Source of the DNA: Candidatus Woesearchaeota archaeon
GTDB lineage: Archaea > Nanobdellota > Nanobdellia > Woesearchaeales > GW2011-AR4
Assembly (NCBI GenBank): GCA_002688775.1
Contig: NZDH01000017.1
Span: 1-62,559, forward strand
Direction of reading: 5' to 3'
DNA: 62,559 bases
Within the stretch, counting starts at the first letter, position 1, and every line of letters starts with the position of its first letter. Positions 50,816 through 62,559 of this stretch are shown one piece after another. The position numbers were made by a program, and so were the translations under genes. Under the pieces are notes generated by a model. It did not search any database. It was not told the origin of the DNA and saw only the letters and a program-made list of their open reading frames with translations.

Positions 50816-52453
50816 ATGGCTAACCAAGTACAACCGATATTCATACTGCCAGAAGGCACACAGAGAAGCGTTGGTAGAGACGCTCAGAGAAATAACATAA
50901 TGGCTGCAAAGGCAGTTGCAGAAACAGTCAGAACCACATTAGGTCCAAAGGGGATGGATAAGATGATTGTTGATTCTTTAGGCGATGTTACTGTTACAAA
51001 TGATGGTGTCACAATTCTTGAAGAGATGCAGATTGAGCATCCATCAGCAAAGATGATTGTTGAAGTTGCAAAAACCCAGGAATCCGAAGTGGGAGATGGA
51101 ACAACAACAGCTGTTGTGATTGCAGGCGAATTGATGAAAAACGCAGAATCACTTCTTGACCAGGATGTTCATTCAGCAGTTATAGCAAGAGGATACAGGT
51201 TGGCAGCTGACAAGGCATTGGAAGTTCTGGATAATATGTCAGAAAAGATCACTCCAAAAGATGAAAATATTCTAAAACAGATTGCAATGACTGCAATGAC
51301 GGGCAAAGGCGCAGAATATGCAAAGGAAAAATTAAGCGAACTGGCAGTCAAATCAGTAAAATTGATTGCTGAAGATAACAATTCAGTTGACATGGACAAC
51401 ATAAAGATAGAAAAAAGAACAGGAGGCTCAGTTGAAGATTCTGAATTAATCAAGGGAATTGTGTTTGACAAAGAAAAGGTGCATGCATCAATGCCAAGAC
51501 TTGTCAAAAACGCAAAAATAGCATTGGTTGACAAGGAGATTGAAATAAAGAAAACAGAAGTTGATGCAAAGATAGAGATTACTTCTCCGGATCAACTGCA
51601 GGCATTCCTTGACCAAGAAGAAAAGATGCTGAAAGACATGGTTGAAAAGATTTCAGCTTCAGGCGCAAGTGTTTTAATCTGCCAAAAAGGGATTGATGAT
51701 GTTGCCCAGCACTTCCTTGCAAAAAAAGGAATCTATGCTGTAAGAAGAGTTTCTGATTCAGACATGAAAAAGATTTCAAAGGCAACAAGCGGAAATGTTG
51801 TAAGTAACTTACACGATCTCAAAAAGAATGACTTGGGATCAGCAGGCACTGTTGAAGAAAGAAAATTTGGAGATGATGAATTTACATTCATAACAGAATG
51901 CAAAAACCCAAAAGCAGTTACAATTTTAGTAAGAGGCGGAACAGAGCATGTCACAAATGAAATTGAAAGGGCCTTAACAGATGCTGTTGGCGATGTTTCA
52001 GCTGCAATAAAGGAAGGAAAAGTAGTTGCAGGCGCAGGAGCACCGGAAGTTGAGCTTTCAATTGCATTGAGAAAATACGCAGAGTCATTAAGCGGAAGAG
52101 AACAACTAGCTGTTCATGCTTTTGCAAACTCAATGGAAATAATTCCAAGGACTTTGATTGAAAACGCCGGACTTGATCCGATTGACATAATGACAGACTT
52201 GAAAGCAGCTCATGCAAAAAAGCAGAGATGGGCTGGCGTTGACGTATTCACAGGAAAGATTACAGATTCATGGAAGAAAGGCGTTCTTGAACCGCTAAAA
52301 ATCAAGACGCAGGCAATAAGCTCAGCTTCAGAAGTTGCAGTAATGATCTTGAGAATCGATGATGTAATCGCTTCTGCAGGCTCAAAGGACAAAGGACCTG
52401 CAATGCCGCCGGACATGGGCGGAATGGGTGGCATGCCTGGAATGGGTATGTAA
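50816..52453 (+). CDS. ths: Thermosome (group II chaperonin) subunit
   Basis: [27 protein letters not shown] tail. Confidence 0.97.
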   Translation: MANQVQPIFILPEGTQRSVGRDAQRNNIMAAKAVAETVRTTLGPKGMDKMIVDSLGDVTVTNDGVTILEEMQIEHPSAKMIVEVAKTQESEVGDGTTTAVVIAGELMKNAESLLDQDVHSAVIARGYRLAADKALEVLDNMSEKITPKDENILKQIAMTAMTGKGAEYAKEKLSELAVKSVKLIAEDNNSVDMDNIKIEKRTGGSVEDSELIKGIVFDKEKVHASMPRLVKNAKIALVDKEIEIKKTEVDAKIEITSPDQLQAFLDQEEKMLKDMVEKISASGASVLICQKGIDDVAQHFLAKKGIYAVRRVSDSDMKKISKATSGNVVSNLHDLKKNDLGSAGTVEERKFGDDEFTFITECKNPKAVTILVRGGTEHVTNEIERALTDAVGDVSAAIKEGKVVAGAGAPEVELSIALRKYAESLSGREQLAVHAFANSMEIIPRTLIENAGLDPIDIMTDLKAAHAKKQRWAGVDVFTGKITDSWKKGVLEPLKIKTQAISSASEVAVMILRIDDVIASAGSKDKGPAMPPDMGGMGGMPGMGM

Positions 52454-52509
52454 TTTTTTTATTTTTCTAAGTTATTGTTATATTTCGAGGCGAAAATTTC
52501 TTGACACTA

Positions 52510-52691
52510 AAAAGTTTCAACAAGGGTGAAAACTGAGTGCAGAGGGAAAATCCGTTACGAAGTGTCGAAAATCAAAGATTTTCGAGCATGATCGGAAATG
52601 CAAAGCATTTACCGACATTCGGATTTTTCCTTTGCGAATAGGATTTTGACAAACAAAATCCGTGTTTGAGCCCATTGTTGTTGAAATTTTT
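52510..52691. repeat. Multibranched palindromic intergenic element (MITE/REP-like or ncRNA)
   Basis: Nested inverted repeats: AAAAGTTTCAACAA/TTGTTGAAATTTTT, GCAGAGGGAAAATCCG/CGGATTTTTCCTTTGC, TCGAAAATC/GATTTTCGA, AAATGC/GCATTT, GGATTTTG/CAAAATCC. Confidence 0.7.
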
Positions 52692-52751
52692 ACATAATTT
52701 GCTAACCAAAACATTTAAATTACCTTAACAATCAACTTCGCACTATATAAA

Positions 52752-53168
52752 ATGTGGGAAATTAACAGGCACATAAGGGAAAAGGAAAAAGTAATTTACG
52801 AGGGAACGCCTGAATATGTTAGCTATTTTTGGCTGTTTGTTATAGCCTTAGTCTTGATATTCACTATAATCGTGCCATTGCTGATTATTCTATTTGTATT
52901 TCTCACCAAGATGTCGACAAAATATGTCATCACAGACAAAAGAGTCGGAACAAGACGCGGTATCGTGACAGAAGACTTCAAGTCAGCTACATTCAAGTTC
53001 ATAACTGCCACTCAAGTCAGGCAGGGAATTATAGGCAGGCTGTTCAATTACGGAAGCGTGATCATTGACACAGCAGGCACCGGGATTGGAGTCAGCACCA
53101 TATGGGGCGGTGTTAAGGATCCAATCAAGGTAAAGAACATGATAGAAAAAAAGATTGATCATAACTAA
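52752..53168 (+). CDS. Membrane protein with a bacterial PH (bPH_2) domain
   Basis: TM hairpin, YVITDKRV, QGIIGRLFNYGSV. Confidence 0.8.
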   Translation: MWEINRHIREKEKVIYEGTPEYVSYFWLFVIALVLIFTIIVPLLIILFVFLTKMSTKYVITDKRVGTRRGIVTEDFKSATFKFITATQVRQGIIGRLFNYGSVIIDTAGTGIGVSTIWGGVKDPIKVKNMIEKKIDHN

Positions 53169-53169
53169 A

Positions 53170-54159
53170 CTATCTTTCCCATTCAACAACAATATCATCA
53201 GTCCTTTCATAAGGATGAATGTCAATATCTTTCTCTTTTTTATTCTGCTGCAGAATGCCAAGCCAACCTATCATCAAGCCATTATCAACTAAAACTTCAT
53301 TCGGCGGAACAAAGAATTTAGCACCTCTCTCCCGGCACATTATCCTGCACATTTCCTGAAGTCTCTTGTTGCATGCAACCCCGCCACCTAAAACTAATTC
53401 TTCTTTGCCGCAATGCGCCATTGCTCTTTCTGAAACTTCAACAAGCATTGCAAAGATTGTTTCCTGCAATGAATGCGCCAAATCTTCTTTTGAAAATTTT
53501 CCAGAATCAAATTTTTGTTTTAAATTTGTCAAAATACCTGAAAAGCTTACATCCATTCCCTTTACAACATAAGGCAATTCTATATATTTTGATCCGTTCA
53601 AAGCTATTTTCTCGATTTTCGGTCCGCCTGGAAACCCTAATCCAATGTATCTTGCAAAATGGTCGATGAAATTTCCAACACCCTGGTCTAAAGTTTCTCC
53701 AAAAACACGATATTTGCCGCCGTCATAGGCAATGACTTGCGTATTTGCTCCAGAAGCATACAATAAAACAGGATCTTTTGCTTTTGTCATCAGTTTTCCG
53801 ATTTCAAGATGAGCAATGCAGTGATTGACACCAACTAACGGAACATTAATTTCCTTAGAAAGCTCTTTTGCTTTTCTCATCCCAACCAATAAGCATGGTG
53901 CAATTCCTGGTCCTTGTGAAAAAGAAACCATATCAATGTCTTTTAATTTTAAATTCGCAATGTTTAATGCTTTTTGAATCACTTTATCCTTGACATTTTC
54001 ATGGTGTTTTTTTGCCTCTGTAGGATGGATGCCGCCTTTTTCTGTTGTATACGCATCCGTAACATTGGCATATATTTTTCCTTTACTGTCAATTATCCCG
54101 CAACCGAATGTATGCGCTGTTGATTCTATTCCTAGGCATATTAGATTATTTTTCCTCAT
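53170..54159 (-). CDS. kae1: tRNA t6A synthase Kae1
   Basis: LGIESTAHT, VNHCIAH, SGANTQ, GETLD, VDNGLMI. Confidence 0.96.
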   Translation of the reverse strand: MRKNNLICLGIESTAHTFGCGIIDSKGKIYANVTDAYTTEKGGIHPTEAKKHHENVKDKVIQKALNIANLKLKDIDMVSFSQGPGIAPCLLVGMRKAKELSKEINVPLVGVNHCIAHLEIGKLMTKAKDPVLLYASGANTQVIAYDGGKYRVFGETLDQGVGNFIDHFARYIGLGFPGGPKIEKIALNGSKYIELPYVVKGMDVSFSGILTNLKQKFDSGKFSKEDLAHSLQETIFAMLVEVSERAMAHCGKEELVLGGGVACNKRLQEMCRIMCRERGAKFFVPPNEVLVDNGLMIGWLGILQQNKKEKDIDIHPYERTDDIVVEWER

Positions 54160-54553
54160 TTCTGAATTTAGTAAAGAATTTCTTTTTTATCTCAAATCTT
54201 GATTCAATATTTTCCATAAAGCCAAAGAGCTTGGCCATTAGTTTGTCTAATTTTCCAAACAATAACTTATATTCTCCTTTTGTAATGTAGTTTAGGTCCT
54301 TAGACATAGATAATAGGACATCAATTTCTTTTGCAGAACCATATGCATAACTCAAGAAATTAAGAAACTCACGAGGAGATTTTTTAACACTTCCTTCTGC
54401 GATATTTAATGGAATTGAAGTTGCAGCCCGCCTCATCTGGGATATAATGTTATCTTTTTCCTTTTCAGGAAATCTGTCAAGCAATCGGCTAATTTCTAAT
54501 GAAAGTTCATAACTTAATTTGAATATTTCCATATTTTTATAATTTCTCGACAT
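54146..54553 (-). CDS. Four-helix bundle protein (23S rRNA IVP / bAvd-like family)
   Basis: FPEKE, SQMRRAATSIPLNIAEG, FLSYAYGSAKE. Confidence 0.88.
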   Translation of the reverse strand: MSRNYKNMEIFKLSYELSLEISRLLDRFPEKEKDNIISQMRRAATSIPLNIAEGSVKKSPREFLNFLSYAYGSAKEIDVLLSMSKDLNYITKGEYKLLFGKLDKLMAKLFGFMENIESRFEIKKKFFTKFRNEEK

Positions 54554-54694
54554 AAAAATCAAAGATGCCGGTGTTCATAAATAGTTTTCTATTTAGAGCT
54601 GGGTTCAGAACAATAGAGCTAAGACTACCAGTTAATGGAATTAAAAATAAGAAAAAATAAAATGAAAACCATGCATAGGCTTTTGAATTATGAA

Positions 54695-57600
<2,906 letters not shown>

Positions 57601-57862
57601 TTTTATTAGCTTTATTGTGCTAATGACAAAAGCCTATGCATGGTTTCATGAATTTCAACCTTTACCGTCCTGAGCGATCAGTCTTTGCCTCAGGAAGGCA
57701 CTTCATTAATTTTTTTATTATTCAAAGATGCCTGAGCATCTTCAACGATTAATGACGATGAATTGTTTGATTTTATTTTTTGAATAATTATTTTTTTATG
57801 ATTGATTTTTATTTTTTAATGTTTGAATTTTTTATTGTACTTTCTCTTTTGCTAAATATAAA

Positions 57863-57983
57863 TGGACCCGTCGGGACTTTCATCTTAAACCCGTGAGTTA
57901 AATTTTGAACCCGAAGCCTCTGCCTTTCATTGAAATACAAAACTTCGTGCAAGGGCAGCGCTCTGCGGTTGAGCTACGGGCCC
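57863..57983 (-). tRNA. tRNA-Ala(UGC) in the rRNA spacer with two introns (37/38: 57926-57947; 59/60: 57877-57903)
   Basis: GGGCCCG/CGGGTCC acceptor with G3:U70, CTGCC CT TGC A..A GGCAG, TTCA/TGAA BHB in the T loop. Confidence 0.9.
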
Positions 57984-58075
57984 AATTGTGTATGAATATT
58001 ATCAATTTTTTAAGTTGATAATTTTCGAATTTTATTCAATAATATTTATGATAATCTATGATTATAAAAAATAAA

Positions 58076-59672
<1,597 letters not shown>

Positions 59673-60040
59673 TATAATTGAATCATGGATTTTTAAATCC
59701 TTGATTAGCCGTTATTTATTTTAATGATCCTGAATATATAGTCGCTTCGTCACTAATTGGGCTGAAACTTAATTCCTACAAGTACTTAATGCACACATTA
59801 AGCACAAATTCATGTCTGTAATTAAAAAATTTCACAGCATGACACATCAACCTTCAATATGTTGCTTAGAATTTGAATATCTAAAAATATTGAACTGGAG
59901 GCGATGTATTAAAAAGTAAAAACGCTGCTGTTTATAAAGGTTTCTTTGATTTTAGAATAAAAAGTGCTTAATTTCTTTGTAAAGTTCAAATAAAATTTTT
60001 AAAGAAACCTTTTTAAAAATCTAAAATATTTTCTCCAAGA

Positions 60041-62407
60041 ATGCAAAATGGTAGATCAATAATACTGGTTCTAGTCATATTAGCTAGCTCCATATTGTTT
60101 GTCAGTGCTGATTGGGAAACTTATCAGAGAGATTTGCAAAATACCGGTGTTTCAAACGGCACAGGAGACTTCGTTAATCGGTCAATTATCAATATCACTA
60201 ATTCCAGCTTCGGCATGGATTACCAGCCACTTATAGCAGATATTGACAACAATGGAAAGAATGAAATTATCATTTTCTCAAACAGTTCTTTAAAAATTCT
60301 TAATAGCACCCTGGATTTGATTGATGAGAATACTGTTGGAGATTTACTGGGGCAGCCAACATTATTTAATTTTGATTCGGACTCATTACTGGAAGTAATG
60401 TTTATTTCAAATATTTCTTCCACGCATTATTTTCTTGCTTATGAATACAATAACTCTAATTTCATACAAGAGTTCAATTTTACTGTAACAAATGGCGGCG
60501 AGGGAAGTGGAATAAAGTGCTTAAATCTTAATGGAACTAATTCATGCGTATTCAAAGATAATTCAAATTACGTCCACATAGTAAATATGGGCTCAGAAAC
60601 AAATATTTCCTATAATACGTCTATGCTAACCAACACGAAGGATACAGTTCCTGCCATAGCTGATATTGATGCTGATGGCAATGTTGAAGCTGTTTTCTGG
60701 CAGCCAAGTACTGATGGGAATAATTATGGTCTTTTGGCATTTGATTTAAATAACAGAAGCACCGATTGGAATGTTGATTTTTTGTTCAAGGCCTTTAGCA
60801 CAAATTTTGTCTTGAAAGGTCATCCTGTTCTTGTTGATTTGAATAATGATGGTAAATTAGAGATTGCAGCCAGCGTTTTTTATGATGATTCAAGCAATGT
60901 TGATTCAAGAACTGACTGGTTTACTGAATTGTTTGTCTATAACAGCAGCGGCAACAAGTCATTTTCCAAATGCGAGGAAAGTGCCGCTTCTAACTGCAAT
61001 GATGTCACCAGCGGCTCCACCAGGTGGGAAGGGACAAATCCATTTGTCCTGAATGTAAATGATAGTGGTACTGATGATATTTGTTTTATTAAAGATAAAA
61101 AAGTAAGTGGTCTTTTTACAAACATGACTATCAATTGCTACAATTATTCTGGCAATTTGATTTTGGATTCGGAAATATTGCCATCTACTGATACTGTAAA
61201 AACAGCAACAGTTGCAGATATGAACAATGATAGTGAAAAGGAAATTCTGACTGAAAATTATATTTATGCTCAAAACGGATCTCCTATTTTTTCATATGGA
61301 TTTAATTTCAATTTCGCAATACCTGCAGACGTTGACGTAAATAATGTTTTGGATTTAATCTTATCAAAAGAAGGACAAACTAAAATATTCAAAGAAGATA
61401 TAAGTACAACACAAGAAACTTTATTGGAAAAATATGCTCCTATCTTATACTTTCATCCCGATGAACAATTTTTCCCCACAACAATTGAGGCTATGTTGAA
61501 CGAAAGTGATTTGAAAGAAAATGACCCAATTTTAGATGATTTGATACAGGAAATGCCAGTATCAGTAGAAAATCTGTCTGCATCTGGTGTTACAGATGAA
61601 TATTTTTTAGATATGAGGAATGCTAGTGGTGGTTTGGCAATATTTACACTTCCTAACTCCAGTAGGTTTTTCAAATATAATAATAATGTATATGGTAGGC
61701 AATTTGAACCTAACGAAAATTATATAGTAATTCAATATTGGTTTTTCTATCCATACAATAATTGGAGAAATAATCACGAAGGAGATTGGGAAATGATACA
61801 AATTATTTTGAATAAAAGTATAAACGAACCCCAGCTAGCAACGTACTCATATCATCATGATGCTGAAACAGTTAATTGGACTCAAATAGAAAAGTTTGAT
61901 AGTTCACACCCAAAAGTGTTTACAGCACAAGGTGGGCATGCAAGCTATTGGAATACTTCAGAAAGAAGATATAATGGGTTTTTAGAGAATTTATCCAATG
62001 GTGGTCCAGTATTATTTCCACAAAATAATTACACTTTAAACATAATCAACGATAATACTAGTTGGGTTGATTATCTTGGAATTTGGGGAGAAAAAAATAG
62101 TATTCTAGGAACATCTGGTCCACAGAGTCCAGCTAACTTAAGTTACGGGGATCAGCCAAACAGATGGAACAACCCTATAGAATTTGCTGAAGATGCAAAA
62201 CCATCACAAACAATCGCAAACACAGGAAGTCCAGTTAACCTACATGCTTATGACGTTGAAGGAAACCATGTGGGACTAAACGAATCAGGGGGGATAGAAG
62301 CAGAAATTCCTGGAACTTACTTATACATTTCTTCAAACGATAGTTCAGAATTAATTGTTAAATCCAATATTTTAATCACCTTAGCAGGTACGCTGACGCT
62401 TCCGTAA
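60041..62407 (+). CDS. Secreted FG-GAP/VCBS-repeat protein with a Vps62-like domain, possibly 3'-truncated
   Basis: Signal peptide; repeated ADIDNNGKNE/DLNNDGKLE; KYAPILYFH, QYWFFYPYN, HEGDWE, SPVNLHAYD. Confidence 0.75.
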   Translation: MQNGRSIILVLVILASSILFVSADWETYQRDLQNTGVSNGTGDFVNRSIINITNSSFGMDYQPLIADIDNNGKNEIIIFSNSSLKILNSTLDLIDENTVGDLLGQPTLFNFDSDSLLEVMFISNISSTHYFLAYEYNNSNFIQEFNFTVTNGGEGSGIKCLNLNGTNSCVFKDNSNYVHIVNMGSETNISYNTSMLTNTKDTVPAIADIDADGNVEAVFWQPSTDGNNYGLLAFDLNNRSTDWNVDFLFKAFSTNFVLKGHPVLVDLNNDGKLEIAASVFYDDSSNVDSRTDWFTELFVYNSSGNKSFSKCEESAASNCNDVTSGSTRWEGTNPFVLNVNDSGTDDICFIKDKKVSGLFTNMTINCYNYSGNLILDSEILPSTDTVKTATVADMNNDSEKEILTENYIYAQNGSPIFSYGFNFNFAIPADVDVNNVLDLILSKEGQTKIFKEDISTTQETLLEKYAPILYFHPDEQFFPTTIEAMLNESDLKENDPILDDLIQEMPVSVENLSASGVTDEYFLDMRNASGGLAIFTLPNSSRFFKYNNNVYGRQFEPNENYIVIQYWFFYPYNNWRNNHEGDWEMIQIILNKSINEPQLATYSYHHDAETVNWTQIEKFDSSHPKVFTAQGGHASYWNTSERRYNGFLENLSNGGPVLFPQNNYTLNIINDNTSWVDYLGIWGEKNSILGTSGPQSPANLSYGDQPNRWNNPIEFAEDAKPSQTIANTGSPVNLHAYDVEGNHVGLNESGGIEAEIPGTYLYISSNDSSELIVKSNILITLAGTLTLP

Positions 62408-62541
62408 ATCTTGTGCATTGACACCTTCGCATAGACGACAAAAACAAAAAAGAGGAAATTGAAACTTCCTATAACATTGTCTATGCGGTTCACTTCGTTC
62501 TCCCAAATTTTCGCTAACATAAACTAAACGGGGGAGTTCTA
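62356..62541 (+). repeat. Structured non-coding element, copy R
   Basis: Homologous to 511-646 (minus strand); CGCATAGAC/GTCTATGCG stem. Confidence 0.75.
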
Positions 62542-62559
62542 AACTAAATAAAAACGAGA

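Noticed and set aside
54146-54553. Diversity-generating retroelement (Avd-like gene)
   Set aside because: No reverse transcriptase or TR/VR repeat pair was seen in the window.

Overview
AT-rich archaeal chromosomal segment, most consistent with a DPANN archaeon (Woesearchaeota-like; inferred from the 16S 5' end AUUCCCGUUGAUCCUGCGGGA and the gene content). Housekeeping content: map, hisS, bud32, kae1, rpS3Ae, thermosome, gyrB, a purine block (purM, HTH-purB, purC, purE, purS, purQ, purL, plus folC), bacterial-type glk/zwf/gnd, fabI, an osmolyte/sugar cluster (GT4-HAD fusion, mscS, treT, GCS2) and a 16S-tRNA(Ala)-23S operon on the minus strand. Main unusual signals: (1) a free-standing LAGLIDADG endonuclease that begins with a GyrB-like N-terminus, directly followed by a complete gyrB with a recoded 5' end; (2) a second LAGLIDADG ORF that runs into a two-intron tRNA-Gln; (3) a tRNA with a serine-type body but a CAG (Leu) anticodon, preceded by a degenerate copy of its 5' half; (4) a 21-bp promoter-proximal motif shared by those two tRNA loci; (5) homologous, outward-facing structured non-coding elements at both window ends, one apparently truncating a surface-protein gene; (6) seven bulge-helix-bulge (BHB) introns in tRNA/rRNA, one splitting the 806R primer site. 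All calls come from reading the sequence; no searches were run.
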